Assembly: GCA_963745235.1 (NCBI GenBank)
Contig: CAVUXE010000058.1
Span: forward strand, 32,001 to 96,000
Length of the DNA: 64,000 nucleotides
From: an uncultured Spirochaetota bacterium
GTDB taxonomy: Bacteria; Spirochaetota; Spirochaetia; SZUA-6; Fen-1364
Direction of reading: 5' to 3'
Positions 50,430 through 61,788 of this stretch are shown here, in pieces; position 1 is the stretch's first letter, and each line of letters starts with the position of its first letter. The notes beneath the pieces were generated by a model. It was not told the DNA's origin. It searched no databases and was given only the letters and a program-made list of their open reading frames with translations. Both the position numbers and the translations under genes were made by a program.

Positions 50430-53303
50430 TCACTTTGCATAGTGGCGCTCCTTCGCGGGTGAGCCTCCGTTGCGCCTCCCTTTTGCGGCGGCCTTTGCTC
50501 CGCCGTTGCGCGAGGAGGCGGCTGCACGCGCGTTTCCTCCGTTTCCTCCCAACGCCTCCGCCATGATCTCCGCCTGCTCCCGGGTGTGCACCTGGTGGGA
50601 CCCGGTTGCGGGGCTCGCCGCCTCCTCCCGTCCGACGTAGGAGAGGGGAACGCCGGGAAGCTCGCGGGCGAACCTCTCGCTCATGAACATCCAGGCGCCC
50701 CGGTTGCGGGGCTCTTCCTGGACCCACAGCCGATCCCGCACGGACCTGTACCCTTCCAGGATCCCAGCAAGGATCTGCGCGGGGAAGGGATACAGCTGCT
50801 CGACCCTCACGATGGCCGTGGATGGGTCACCGCCGTCCTCGCGCGCCTTGAGGAGATCGTAGAAGATCTTGCCGCTGCACAGGATCAGGCGCCGCGGCTT
50901 CGCCGGCCGGGCAGGGTCTTCCAGGACCTCCTGGAACTCGCCCCGGGAGAGATCGGAGAGAGGGGAGAGCGCCCGCGGGTGGCGCAGGAGGCTCTTGGGC
51001 GTCATGACGATGAGCGGCTTGCGGAAGCTGCGCTTGACCTGCCGGCGCAGGAGATGGAAATACTGCGCGGGGGTTGTGCAGTTGCAGACCTGGATGTTGT
51101 TCCGCGCGCACAGCATCAGGAACCGCTCCAGGTGGGCGCTCGAGTGCTCGGGACCCTGGCCCTCGAAGCCGTGCGGAAGGAGGAGCACGATTGCGCTGAT
51201 GGTTCCCCACTTGGCCTCGCCGGCCGCGACGTAGTTGTCGATGATCACCTGGCCCCCGTTGGAGAAGTCCCCGTACTGGGCTTCCCACATGACAAGGGAA
51301 CGGGGCTGGCCCAGAGCGTGTCCGTACTCGAAACCCAGGATGGAGTATTCCGACAGAGGGCTGTCGTAGACGGAAAAGCGCCCCTGGTCCGGCGCCAGGT
51401 TGGCGAGAGGAATGAAGGGCTGCGGAACAAGGGTCTCCGTGTCCCACCATACGAGGTGACGCTGGGAAAACGTGCCGCGCGCGCTGTCCTGGCCGCTCAA
51501 TCGAACCGGTATGCCTTCCATCAGCAGCGAGCCGAACGCCAGGGACTCCGCGAAAGCCCAGTCCACCAGGCCTTCCTTTTCCAGCCGCGCGGCCTTCTCG
51601 TCGATGATCCTCTTCAGCTTGGCATGGACGTGAAAGCCGGCGGGAATGGCGGTCAGTTTTTCCGCAACCAGCCTGATGCTCTCCTCAGAGGGGGCCGCCA
51701 CGCGCTCTCCCCACTCCCAGGCGTTGGGCTCGCGCGTGAGCACTGGGCCATCAACCTCGGTTGTGCGAGCCTCCTGGAGGGCCACCTTGAGCGACTCCCG
51801 GAAGGAAAGCCGCGTCCGCTCGGTCTCTTCCCTGGTGACAACCCCTTCCGCAATCAGGCGCTCGGTATAGAGAACAGGCTGGCTCCTCTTGCGCTCGATG
51901 ATCTTGTACATCAGGGGGTGGGTGAACGATGGGTCATCACCCTCGTTGTGGCCGTACTTGCGGTAGCAGAAGACGTCCACGACCACGTCGCGGCCGAAGG
52001 TCTGGCGGAACCGCACGGCAAGGTCCATCGTGTAGGCGACCGCCTCGGGGTCGTCACCGTTCACGTGGAACACCGGTACGGGCAGCATCTTCGCGACGTC
52101 CGTGGGGAAGAACGTGGAGCGCGCATCCCGGGCGGAGGTCGTGAACCCTATCTGGTTGTTGATGATGACATGGATGGTGCCCCCGGTCTTGTAGCCGCGC
52201 AGGGTGGACAGGTTGAACGTCTCCTCCACGATTCCCTGCCCGGAGAAAGCCGCATCCCCGTGCAGGACCAGGGGGACCACCTCTTTCCTCTCCGTGTCCC
52301 CGCGCTCCCGCTGCACGGCTCGCGCCATCCCCTCCACCACCGGATCAACCGATTCGAGGTGACTCGGGTTTGCAACGAGGTTCACGCGGACCGCGCGGCC
52401 GTCAGGAAGAGAGTGCTCGGTCTCGAACCCCAGGTGGTAGCGCACGTCTCCGCTCGAGCTGAAGTCTCCGGGGTCCTCGATGCCCTCGAACTCCCGAAAG
52501 AGCTCCACCGGAGGCTTGTTGAGGATGCGGTTGAGCACCGTGAGCCGGCCGCGGTGCGTCATTCCCATGATGATTTCGCTTATCCCCATGTCCGGAGCGC
52601 TGTCCACGAGGCGGTGGAGGGCCGGGATGACCGACTCCGCTCCCTCGAGGGAGAAGCGCTTCTGGCCGATGAAGGCCGTGTGCATGAAGTGCTCGAACTC
52701 TTCGGCCGTGAGAAGGTCGTCCAGGATGACCTTCTTCTTTTCCTGGCCGAACGAGGGACGGTTTCGGCTGGATTCCATCTGCTGGATGAGCCAGCGGCGG
52801 ATGGGCTTGTTCTGAATGTGGAGGAACTCCACGGCCACCGTGGAGCAATAGGTCTCACGGAGAGCCTGGATGATGTCCGCAAGCTTCATCTTCGAGCGGG
52901 AGAACACGTTCCCGGCATAGAACTCCGTCTGAAGGTCGCTCTCCGACAGCCCGAACTCGCTCAGGGTGAGCTGCTCATACGTATGCGCGGGCTCCGCGTA
53001 GTAGTTTTTCTGCTCTCCCTCGGACGGGGCCAGGGGATTGAGATGGGCGTACAGGTAGCCGACGTCCCGGTATCCCCACAGGAGACTGTCCACCCTGCTT
53101 TGCTTGAATGCCATGTCGGTGGGGACGGGACCGTCGCTCGCCGTGCCTCCTCCCCGCCTCTTCAGCGCGATATGGCTGCTCTCCTGGTTATGGAAGAACT
53201 CGTTCCACTGCGGCTCGACGGACCTCGGGTCCGCCAGCCATCGCTCATGAAGTTCTTCGATCCAGGGGACGTCCACCGACGAAAAAACGGACGCGTCGTT
53301 CAT
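50430..53303 (-). CDS. sucA: 2-oxoglutarate dehydrogenase E1
   Basis: KRFSLEG, GMTHRGRL, NPSHLE, HGDAAF, RGTFSQRH, WEAQYGDF and GQGPEHSSA. Confidence 0.98.
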   Translation of the reverse strand: MNDASVFSSVDVPWIEELHERWLADPRSVEPQWNEFFHNQESSHIALKRRGGGTASDGPVPTDMAFKQSRVDSLLWGYRDVGYLYAHLNPLAPSEGEQKNYYAEPAHTYEQLTLSEFGLSESDLQTEFYAGNVFSRSKMKLADIIQALRETYCSTVAVEFLHIQNKPIRRWLIQQMESSRNRPSFGQEKKKVILDDLLTAEEFEHFMHTAFIGQKRFSLEGAESVIPALHRLVDSAPDMGISEIIMGMTHRGRLTVLNRILNKPPVELFREFEGIEDPGDFSSSGDVRYHLGFETEHSLPDGRAVRVNLVANPSHLESVDPVVEGMARAVQRERGDTERKEVVPLVLHGDAAFSGQGIVEETFNLSTLRGYKTGGTIHVIINNQIGFTTSARDARSTFFPTDVAKMLPVPVFHVNGDDPEAVAYTMDLAVRFRQTFGRDVVVDVFCYRKYGHNEGDDPSFTHPLMYKIIERKRSQPVLYTERLIAEGVVTREETERTRLSFRESLKVALQEARTTEVDGPVLTREPNAWEWGERVAAPSEESIRLVAEKLTAIPAGFHVHAKLKRIIDEKAARLEKEGLVDWAFAESLAFGSLLMEGIPVRLSGQDSARGTFSQRHLVWWDTETLVPQPFIPLANLAPDQGRFSVYDSPLSEYSILGFEYGHALGQPRSLVMWEAQYGDFSNGGQVIIDNYVAAGEAKWGTISAIVLLLPHGFEGQGPEHSSAHLERFLMLCARNNIQVCNCTTPAQYFHLLRRQVKRSFRKPLIVMTPKSLLRHPRALSPLSDLSRGEFQEVLEDPARPAKPRRLILCSGKIFYDLLKAREDGGDPSTAIVRVEQLYPFPAQILAGILEGYRSVRDRLWVQEEPRNRGAWMFMSERFARELPGVPLSYVGREEAASPATGSHQVHTREQAEIMAEALGGNGGNARAAASSRNGGAKAAAKGRRNGGSPAKERHYAK

Positions 53304-53321
53304 ATCTCTCCCTCGTGGCGA

Positions 53322-54221
53322 TCAACCGCCCTTGCGACTCCCCGGCGCCTGAGCCGCCAGCCGGGAGGAGAGGAGGCCGGGCACCTCGTCGGGGCGGTCG
53401 GCGACGGGGACCCCTGCCTGCCGCAGGGCAGCCACCTTGGCCTCAGCCGTGCCTTTGCCCCCGGAGATGATGGCTCCGGCGTGTCCCATCCTCTTTTCCG
53501 GAGGCGCAGTGCGGCCGGAAATAAAGGAGACCACGGGTTTCTTCATGGACTTTGAAATATACTCTGCGGCCCTCTCCTCGTCATCGCCCCCGATCTCTCC
53601 GATCAGCGCCACCCCGGTTGTGTTGGGGTCGGCCTCAAACAAGGCCAGGAGCTCGACGAAGCTCGTGCCGATGACCGGGTCCCCTCCCACGCCAATGCAG
53701 GTGGACTGTCCTATTCCTGCGCGCGTGAGGGCCCATACCACCTCGTAGGTCAGAGTGCCGCTTCGCGAGATCACGCCGATCCCTCCCGGCGTATGGATGC
53801 GGCCGGGCATGATGCCCACTTTTGCGGCGCCCGGGGAGACGAGCCCCGGGCAGTTGGGGCCGATGAGCCGGCATCCCCGCTCGGAGAGGTAATGGGTGTC
53901 ACGGATCATGTCCAGGACGGGTATGCCTTCGGTGATGCAGACGATCAGCGGGATCCTCGCATCCGCGGCTTCGCGCAGCGCCGCGCCCGCAAACCGCGCG
54001 GGCACGAAGATCACCGTGCAGTCCGCGCCTGTCCGCTGGACTGCTTCCGCAACCGTATTGAAGACCGGTATGCCGTCGACGTTCTCGCCGCCCTTGCCGG
54101 GGGTCACTCCTCCGACCACCTTCGTCCCATAGTCGCGCATGGACCTGGCGTGGAAGGACCCGTCCCTCCCCGTGATGCCCTGGACGATCACCTGCGTCTC
54201 AGCGTTCAGCAGTATGCTCAT
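53322..54221 (-). CDS. sucD: Succinyl-CoA synthetase alpha subunit
   Basis: [22 protein letters not shown] and RMGHAGA. Confidence 0.98.
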   Translation of the reverse strand: MSILLNAETQVIVQGITGRDGSFHARSMRDYGTKVVGGVTPGKGGENVDGIPVFNTVAEAVQRTGADCTVIFVPARFAGAALREAADARIPLIVCITEGIPVLDMIRDTHYLSERGCRLIGPNCPGLVSPGAAKVGIMPGRIHTPGGIGVISRSGTLTYEVVWALTRAGIGQSTCIGVGGDPVIGTSFVELLALFEADPNTTGVALIGEIGGDDEERAAEYISKSMKKPVVSFISGRTAPPEKRMGHAGAIISGGKGTAEAKVAALRQAGVPVADRPDEVPGLLSSRLAAQAPGSRKGG

Positions 54222-55369
54222 GCCGTGCCCTTCCCATCAGTTGACCTCGCCCGGGCCACGACGCCTTGCACGGCCTCGGTCAGGTCCTCATATGCATCGA
54301 TCCCCGCGCCCTTGAGGATGGCTCTCCCCTCCGCCTCGTTGGTCCCGATCAGCCGTATGACCAGGGGCACAGGGATGGACAGGCGCTCGCGCGCCATGAC
54401 GATCCCGCGGGCGATGTCGTCACAGCGGGTGATGCCTCCGAAGATGTTGATGAGGATCGCCGTGAGGCCGCGATGCTTGAGGATGATCCGAAGCGCGTTC
54501 AGCACCTTCTCGGGATTCGAGCTGCCCCCGACATCCAGGAAGTTGGCCGGACTGCCGCCGAAATACTTGATGAGGTCCATGGTTGCCATGGAAAGTCCTG
54601 CCCCGTTGACGATGCAGCCAATGGTCCCCTCCAGGCCGACATAGGAAAGGCCGTTTGACCGGGCGTCCATCTCGTCCGCGCCGTACTCCTCCGGGCTTCG
54701 CAGGTTCTCCAGCTCGGGATGCCGGAACAACGCGTTGTCGTCGAATATCACCTTCGCGTCCGCCGCGATCAGCTTCCCCTGCTGGGTCTTCGCGCAGGGG
54801 TTGATCTCCACGAGGGAGCAGTCTTTCTCCGAGAACAGCCGGTACATCCCCTGGAGGATGGCCCACGCCTGGTCGGAAAGTTCCCGGCCGAACGCGGAGG
54901 CCAGCTTCCCCTGGTGGGAGGCGGCCACCGGACCGTTCTCCGGGTCAAGGGGGAACCGTATGATTCGATCCGGCTGGGTGGCTGCAATCTCCTCGATGTC
55001 CATCCCGCCGGAAGCGCTGGCGATGCACTGCACCGTCTTTCCCGACCTGTCCACCGCGAGGCTCACGTAGAACTCCGCGGCAATGTCCACGGCGGCGGCC
55101 ATCAGCACACGCTGCACCTCGATGCCCTTGATCTTCATTCCCAGGATGTCGCGCGCCCTGGCCTCCGCCTCATCGGCGGATTTCGCCATCTTCACGCCCC
55201 CCGCCTTGCCCCGGCCTCCCACGAGGACCTGGGCCTTCACCATGACGGGAAAGCCGATGGAGGCGGCAATGGCGCGCGCCTCCTGGGGGGTGGATGCCGG
55301 CCTGCCTTCAGGCACCGGGATCCCGTACTCCCTGAGGAAACCTTTTGCCTGGAACTCGTGCAGCTTCAT
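54218..55369 (-). CDS. sucC: Succinyl-CoA synthetase beta subunit
   Basis: [28 protein letters not shown] and ANFLDVGG. Confidence 0.98.
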   Translation of the reverse strand: MKLHEFQAKGFLREYGIPVPEGRPASTPQEARAIAASIGFPVMVKAQVLVGGRGKAGGVKMAKSADEAEARARDILGMKIKGIEVQRVLMAAAVDIAAEFYVSLAVDRSGKTVQCIASASGGMDIEEIAATQPDRIIRFPLDPENGPVAASHQGKLASAFGRELSDQAWAILQGMYRLFSEKDCSLVEINPCAKTQQGKLIAADAKVIFDDNALFRHPELENLRSPEEYGADEMDARSNGLSYVGLEGTIGCIVNGAGLSMATMDLIKYFGGSPANFLDVGGSSNPEKVLNALRIILKHRGLTAILINIFGGITRCDDIARGIVMARERLSIPVPLVIRLIGTNEAEGRAILKGAGIDAYEDLTEAVQGVVARARSTDGKGTA

Positions 55370-56085
55370 GCGCTTCCTTCCCTGAGCTTCGTGATTGCCC
55401 TTTTTGTTGCGTTGATATTCTTAGTGATCTTGATCTCGCGCGGGCACACCCGTGTGCAGTTGAAGTGGTTGTCGCAGGCCCACGCGCCGTCAGGCGCGTC
55501 GAGCACGGACAGCCTCCGGGCAAAGCCATGGTCCCGGCTGTCGAAGACGAACCGTGCGGCCTGCACGAGCGCCGCCGGGCCCAGGTACGCGCTGTTCGTC
55601 TCAAGCACCGGGCAGGAGGAGTAGCAGGCCCCGCAGAGGATGCAGCTCGTCGTGTCGTCGAACGCCGCGCGCTCGGCCTGGCTCTGGATGCGTTCTCCCT
55701 CCCGCACCGGTTCATCGTTGATGAGGAAGGGCTGCACGGACCTGAACTTCTGGAAGAACACTCCCTGGTCCACCATGAGGTCCCGCTGCACAGGCAGGAA
55801 GCGAAGGGGCTGCACCGTCACAAGGGCGCTCTCCTCCTTCGCGACGTCCCGCACGAGGGTCTTGCATGCAAGCCGCTCGACCCCCGCGATGATCATGGCA
55901 TCAGATCCGCACACCCCGTGGCCGCAGCTCCTTCGAAAGGAGAGGCTGCCGTCCTGCTCTTCCTTCACGCGGATGAGGGCGTCAAGGATGCGGTCCGTCG
56001 GCTCGGCTTCCACGGGATAATCCGCGTCATGCGGCTCCCGTTCCCTGTCCGGGTCGAATCTCCTGATGCGCAGCACGATCCTCAT
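55366..56085 (-). CDS. sdhB: Succinate dehydrogenase iron-sulfur subunit
   Basis: SCGHGVCGSD, CILCGACYSSCP and CDNHFNCTRVCP. Confidence 0.95.
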   Translation of the reverse strand: MRIVLRIRRFDPDREREPHDADYPVEAEPTDRILDALIRVKEEQDGSLSFRRSCGHGVCGSDAMIIAGVERLACKTLVRDVAKEESALVTVQPLRFLPVQRDLMVDQGVFFQKFRSVQPFLINDEPVREGERIQSQAERAAFDDTTSCILCGACYSSCPVLETNSAYLGPAALVQAARFVFDSRDHGFARRLSVLDAPDGAWACDNHFNCTRVCPREIKITKNINATKRAITKLREGSA

Positions 56086-56106
56086 GCGGTCCTCCTCAGT
56101 ATGCTT

Positions 56107-57843
56107 TCAGTACACCCGCGGCTTGGGGGCCCATTTCGATGCGTCCACGGGCCGTGAGCGCAGGAGGGCCTCTTTCTCCCCGAGCCACACGAGGCTGTGG
56201 CGAAGCCACCGCGCGTCATCCCTCTCCGGGTAGTCGTCCCGCGCATGGGCGCCGCGGCTCTCTGTCCTGGCCCGCGCCGCCGTTGCCGTGAGGTATGCCA
56301 GGTCCACAAGGTTGCCCAGCTCGAGGATCCCGAGGAGGTCGGTGTTGAACTTCCGTGCCTTGTCCTGGACGCGCACCTCTCTCATGCGGTCCCGCAGCTC
56401 CTTCATCTTCTGGACCGCAAGGCACAGGTCATTCTCGTTGCGAAAGATCCCGACTTTCTCCATCATCACGGTCTCCATCTCCTCCCGGACGAGCTTTCCG
56501 TGCGGCCCTCGCGTTCCGTCGGTCAGTCGCGCCACGTCGCTTCGTGACTGCTCTGCCGCGTCCCCGGCCAGGGGGCCGTAGTCCGCCGAGCGCACAAACG
56601 CGGCCATGTGCCTGCCGGCTCGTCGTCCGAAAACCACCAGGTCCACGAGGCTGTTGGTCCCGAGCCGGTTGGCGCCGTGAACCGAAACGCAGGCGCATTC
56701 TCCGGCAGCGTAGAGCCCCTCGTACAGGCCGCCCGTTTCGTCCGCAATCACTCTTCCTTCAATGTCAGTCGGAATCCCCCCCATCGCATAGTGGGCAGTG
56801 GGCTGGATAGGGATGGGGTCATCTGCCGGGTCGATACCGAGGTAGGTCCTGCTGAAGCCCGTAATGTCCGGCAGCTTCTTTTCAAGCACTTCCCGGCCGA
56901 GCCCGGTCGCGTCCAGGAGCACCCAGTCGTCAATCCGCCCGTCTCCGCGCATCCCATTGCCTGACGCGATCTCCTTGAGGATGGCGCGGGAAATCATGTC
57001 CCGCGGGGCCAGGTCCAGGAGGCCGGGCGCATACCGCTCCATGAAACGCTCCCCCGCGCGGTTTCTGAGGATCCCCCCCTCACCGCGAACCCCCTCGGTA
57101 ATGAGGATCCCCATTCCCTTGATGCCGGTGGGGTGGAACTGGAAGAACTCCATGTCCTGGAGCGGAACGCCGCGCCGGGCGAGCACCGCGGGGCCGTCGC
57201 CGGTATTCGCGTACGCGTTGGAGGTGATGCGGAACATGCGGCCGAAGCCGCCGGTTGCGAAAAGGACAGCCTTTGCCCGGAAAGTATGAATCTCCCCGGT
57301 GGCCAGCTCGATGGCTACCGCGCCGCAGCACCTGCGGCCGTCCAGGATCACGTCCAGCACGTGGAACTCGTCGTAGAACTCAACGCCGTTCTTGATGCAC
57401 TGCTGGTAGAGGGTCTGCAGGATCATGTGGCCCGTGCGGTCCGCCGCGTAGCAGGAGCGGCGCACCGGTCCTTCCCCGAAGTTTCGGGTGTGCCCTCCGA
57501 AGCGTCTCTGGTCGATGCGGCCCTCGGGGGTGCGGCTGAAGGGGAGCCCCCGGTTCTCCAGGTCGTAGACGGCGCGCACCGCGTCCTCAGCCAGAAGGAT
57601 GGCGGCTGACTGGTCCACCAGGTAGTCACCGCCTTTCACCGTGTCGAAGGCGTGCCACTCCGGCCTGTCTTCCTCGACGTTTCCGAGTGCGGCGCCGATC
57701 CCTCCCTGGGCAGCGCCAGTGTGGCTCCTCATGGGATGGACCTTGGAGATGACAGCCGTCTTTGCCCCGGCGCTTGCCTCCAGCGCCGCGTACAGCCCTG
57801 CTCCTCCGGCTCCGACGATCAGCGCGTCGAACTCGTGGACCAT
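56107..57843 (-). CDS. sdhA: Succinate dehydrogenase flavoprotein subunit
   Basis: [35 protein letters not shown] and RTESRGAH. Confidence 0.96.
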   Translation of the reverse strand: MVHEFDALIVGAGGAGLYAALEASAGAKTAVISKVHPMRSHTGAAQGGIGAALGNVEEDRPEWHAFDTVKGGDYLVDQSAAILLAEDAVRAVYDLENRGLPFSRTPEGRIDQRRFGGHTRNFGEGPVRRSCYAADRTGHMILQTLYQQCIKNGVEFYDEFHVLDVILDGRRCCGAVAIELATGEIHTFRAKAVLFATGGFGRMFRITSNAYANTGDGPAVLARRGVPLQDMEFFQFHPTGIKGMGILITEGVRGEGGILRNRAGERFMERYAPGLLDLAPRDMISRAILKEIASGNGMRGDGRIDDWVLLDATGLGREVLEKKLPDITGFSRTYLGIDPADDPIPIQPTAHYAMGGIPTDIEGRVIADETGGLYEGLYAAGECACVSVHGANRLGTNSLVDLVVFGRRAGRHMAAFVRSADYGPLAGDAAEQSRSDVARLTDGTRGPHGKLVREEMETVMMEKVGIFRNENDLCLAVQKMKELRDRMREVRVQDKARKFNTDLLGILELGNLVDLAYLTATAARARTESRGAHARDDYPERDDARWLRHSLVWLGEKEALLRSRPVDASKWAPKPRVY

Positions 57844-57854
57844 GAGAAACCTCC

Positions 57855-58778
57855 TTACAGGCTCTCCAGCTCCCGAACCCCCCGGCGCACCGACTCCGCC
57901 GAGGCTTCCAGGGATTTTCTCTCTGTCTCCGTCAGGGGAAGCTCCACTATCCTTTCTACTCCGTTTCTTCCCAGGATGACGGGAACACCAAGGAAGATGT
58001 CGCGAAAACCGTACTGCCCGCGCAGGTAGACGGAAGCCGGGATGAGGCGCTTCTCATCCTTGATGACCGCTTCCACCATCTTGGCTACCGACGCTCCGGG
58101 GGCATAGAACGCGCTGCCCGTTTTCAGAAGGCCAACGATTTCCGCCCCCCCGGTGCGAGTCCTGCCCACCAGGGACTCTATTGTGGAAGAGTCCAGGAGC
58201 TGCCCGATGGGGATGCCCCCCGCCGAGGTGAAGCTCGTGAGCGGGACCATGTCGTCCCCGTGACCGCCGAGCACCATGGCCTGGACGTCTCCGGGCCAGA
58301 CGCCCAGTCGCTCCGCGATGAAGAAGCGAAACCTGGTCGAATCCAGGACACCTGCCATGCCGATCACTTTCGACAGGGCGAACCCTGTCTCTCGAAGGAC
58401 TGCCATGGCTATGACATCGAGGGGATTGGTCACGACAATGACCACCGCGTTGGGCGCCCGGCGGGCTATCTCCCGGGCCGCCTGCCGCGCAATCCCGACA
58501 TTCGTGCGCAGGAGGTCCATGCGGTCCATGCCCGGCTTGCGTGCTATGCCCGCCGTCAGGACCACCACGTCGCTGCCGGCCATCTCCGCGAAGTCCGTGG
58601 TCCCCCGAATGCCGACCTCGTAGTCGCGAAGCGGCGCGGCGTGGAGGAAGTCCATGGCCTTGCTCTGCGCCAGGCCGTCGACCACGTCCACCATGACGAT
58701 GTCCGCGATGTTCTTCTCCGCGATGTAGTAGACCGCTTTTGCCCCCACGTTCCCGGCGCCTATGACGGTCACCTTCAT
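57855..58778 (-). CDS. mdh: Malate dehydrogenase (LDH-like), canonical copy
   Basis: [33 protein letters not shown] and GSAFYAP. Confidence 0.93.
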   Translation of the reverse strand: MKVTVIGAGNVGAKAVYYIAEKNIADIVMVDVVDGLAQSKAMDFLHAAPLRDYEVGIRGTTDFAEMAGSDVVVLTAGIARKPGMDRMDLLRTNVGIARQAAREIARRAPNAVVIVVTNPLDVIAMAVLRETGFALSKVIGMAGVLDSTRFRFFIAERLGVWPGDVQAMVLGGHGDDMVPLTSFTSAGGIPIGQLLDSSTIESLVGRTRTGGAEIVGLLKTGSAFYAPGASVAKMVEAVIKDEKRLIPASVYLRGQYGFRDIFLGVPVILGRNGVERIVELPLTETERKSLEASAESVRRGVRELESL

Positions 58779-59698
58779 GCGGCACCTCCCCGCACCACGG
58801 ACGCGATCAGGCGGGCGGACTGCGCCAGCGCCTCTTTCTCCTCCCTCGTGAGCTCGGGGGTGAGGATCTTCGTCACTCCCTTCTCCCCGACGATTGCCGG
58901 GACGCTCAAGGCAGCGTCTCTGAGCCCGTACTCTCCCTCCAGCATCAGGGAGACGGGGAATATGCGCGACAGGTTCATGTGGACGCTGTCGGCGAGCTCC
59001 GCGATTGCCGCGGAAGGGGCGTAGTAGGCGCTCGATCTCTTGGCGAGCTCGACGACCAGGTCCCCCGCGCTTCGCGTTTCAGAGATGACAGCCGCGATGC
59101 GCTCCGGGGGAAGGAGCTGCGGGAGGGGCACCCCGGAGACGCTGCAGTAGCGGGGCAGGCAGACCATGTCGTCGGAGTGCCGGCCGATGACGAGGGCGGA
59201 AACGATTTCCATGGACACATCAAGCTCGCGGGAGATCAGAGCTCGCAGGCGCATTGAATCCAGGATGCCGCCGAGCCCCAGCACCCGCGTGCGCGGCATT
59301 CCGGAGCGCAGCGTGAAAAGCGCGGTGAGCGAGTCCACCGGCTCCGTTGCCATCACCACGACGCTGTCCGGGGCAAGGCGCGCCACCTGCGGGGCAAGCG
59401 CTTCGATGACAGGGGCATTTTCCCCGTAGAGGTCCTCACGGCGCATGCCCGGCGAACGGATGGCTCCCGCCGCTATCACCACCATCTGGGACCCCTGGAT
59501 ATCGGCAACGGTGTCGGAGCCGACAAGGGAGTTGCGGTATCTCCTGATGGGCGCGGCCTCCATGATGTCGAGCGCCTTGCCGCGGGACAGGCCCTGCTTG
59601 ACGTCGATGAGGAGCACGTCCGTGACGCCCTTCTCCGCGATGAAGAATGCCGCGTTGGCTCCGACGTTCCCGCTCCCTATGATGCTCACCCTGGACAT
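58775..59698 (-). CDS. Malate dehydrogenase-like paralogue, divergent
   Basis: GSGNVG, IRSPGMRREDL, ATEPVD, LDSMR, GRHSD and SSAYYAP. Confidence 0.85.
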   Translation of the reverse strand: MSRVSIIGSGNVGANAAFFIAEKGVTDVLLIDVKQGLSRGKALDIMEAAPIRRYRNSLVGSDTVADIQGSQMVVIAAGAIRSPGMRREDLYGENAPVIEALAPQVARLAPDSVVVMATEPVDSLTALFTLRSGMPRTRVLGLGGILDSMRLRALISRELDVSMEIVSALVIGRHSDDMVCLPRYCSVSGVPLPQLLPPERIAAVISETRSAGDLVVELAKRSSAYYAPSAAIAELADSVHMNLSRIFPVSLMLEGEYGLRDAALSVPAIVGEKGVTKILTPELTREEKEALAQSARLIASVVRGGAA

Positions 59699-59767
59699 GC
59701 TGAATACCTCCGTCGGCAGGGATACCGAGGAGCGCCCCTGCCCCTGCCTTAATTTTCTCTGTCCGTA

Positions 59768-61688
59768 CTAGCTGGCGCGCGCCATGTTCAAAAGGCCCCC
59801 GGCAAGCAGGATGCGACGGTGCCTGTCGGAGACGTCGAGCTTCGTCATGATGGTCTTCCCGTTCACCTGGACCGGCACGTCGGTGGTCCCGCTCTCCAGG
59901 AGCTTGCGCACGCCCGTGATCCGCACCTTGTCCCCCTGGCGGATGGTCTCATAGTCCGCGGGGCTCGCGAAGGTGAGGGGAAGGATTCCGAAGTTTATCA
60001 GATTCGACTTATGGATCCGCGCAAAGCTCTTGACGATCTTCACCCGCACCCCGAGGTACCGGGGCGCCAGGGCAGCGTGCTCCCGGGAGGAGCCCTGCCC
60101 GTAGTTCTCTCCGCCAACAACGGCACCGCTCTTCTTCTCCCGGGCCCTGTGCGCAAAACCTTCGTCCGCCTGGATGAAGACGAAGTCGCTGATGGCCGGA
60201 ATGTTGCTGCGGAAAGGAAGGACGCGGTTGCCGGCCGGCATGATGATGTCAGTGCTGATATCGTTTCCCACCTTGATGAGCACCTCTGCCTCGATGGTGT
60301 CCTCCAGGGGGCCGAAGGTCGGAAAGGGCTGGATGTTCGGACCGCGGATGATCTGCACGCCATCAGCGCTGCGGGCCGGCATGAAGAACCAGTTGGGGTT
60401 GAAGGCGTAGCGCTTCGGATACTCGATGCTGGGACAGCTCCCCAGGGTGCGCGGGTCGGTGATCTTCCCGGTCAGGGCGGACGCCGCCGCGGTCTCCGGC
60501 GAGCACAGGTACACGAAGTCATCGTCCGTCCCGCTCCTGCCCTTGTAGTTGCGGGGCATGGTGCGCAGGGAGTTCGTGCCGCTTGCCGGCGCCTGGCCCA
60601 TCCCGATGCACCCGAGGCAGCCCGCCTCAGAGATGCGCGCGCCGGCGTCCACAAGGGCTTTGATGCCTCCCATGGCCATGACGTTCTCCAGGGTCTGGCG
60701 GCTGCCCGGGTTGACGCTGAGATCCACCAGGGGATGGCGCTGCTTTCCTTCCAGCGCCCGGGCCACCATCATCAGGTCCCGGTAGCTCCCGTTGGTTGAG
60801 GAGCCCACGAGGACCTGCTGGACTTCCACGTTGGAGAGCTCCGCGGCGGTCTTCACGTTGTCCGGGTTGGACGGGCAGGCCACCAGGGGCTCGACGGCGG
60901 AGAGGTCGATTTTCGTGACCTCGTCGAACCGGGGATCCGCGCCCTGCGTGAGCGGACGGAAGTCCTTCTCCCGGCCGTTCATCCCGAGGTACCAGCGGGT
61001 GATGTCGTCAGAGGGAAACACGCACGCGGTGAACCCCATGTCCACCGCCATGTTCGCGATGGTGCCTCGGGCGGCCATGTCCAGGGCGGCAACGCCCGGG
61101 CCGAAGAACTCCATGATCTTTCCCGTTCCGGCCTTCGCGGAGTAGCGCCGCAGGAGCTCCAGGATGACGTCCTTCCCTGATACCCAGGGCTGCAGGGCCC
61201 CTTCGACCTGGATTCCCCAGACCTTCGGGGTCATGAGGTAGAAGGGCTTTCCGGCCATTGCCATGGCCACCTCGTTGCCTCCCGCGCCAATGGCGAGCAT
61301 CCCGAGGCACCCGCCCGTGGTCGTATGGCTGTCCGATCCGAGAAGGGTCTTGCCCGGGAGCGCCGAAGCGCTGGCGGTGGACATGGTGAGACACTCCGTT
61401 GCCCGGGGGGGAGAGGATGACGCCGTACTTGGCCGCGCACGAGATCAGGAAGCGGTGGTCATCCGCGTTCTTGAAATCCGTCTGGATGATGTTGTGATCG
61501 ATGTAGCTCACCGCCAGCTCCGCTTTCACCCGGGGGAGGCCCATGGACTCGAACTCCAGGTAGGCCATGGTTCCCGTGGCGTCCTGCGTGAGGGTCTGGT
61601 CGATGCGGAGCCCGATCTCCTTCCCGGCGCCGGGCGATCCTTCCATCAGGTGCTCGCCAATGAGCATTCCGGTAATCGTGTCTTTCAT
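59768..61688 (-). CDS. Aconitate hydratase, short (~640 aa) Aquifex/archaeal type, frameshift near 61352-61358
   Basis: IDQTLTQDATGTMA, YIDHN, GSDSHT, GSSTNGS, GCLGCIGMG, STDIIMPAG and YGQGSSREHAA. Confidence 0.88.
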
Positions 61689-61788
61689 TCGTCACCCTTT
61701 TCCCGAATCGAGCGCTGCTCGCTATAGTATACTAACAGAGAAACGTGCGAGCGAGCGCGAAATACCGTGATTGCAAGCACGAACTTCG

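Noticed and set aside
50586-53555. 989-aa ORF antisense to sucA
   Set aside because: Shadow ORF caused by high-GC codon bias. It has no motifs and fully overlaps a clear gene.
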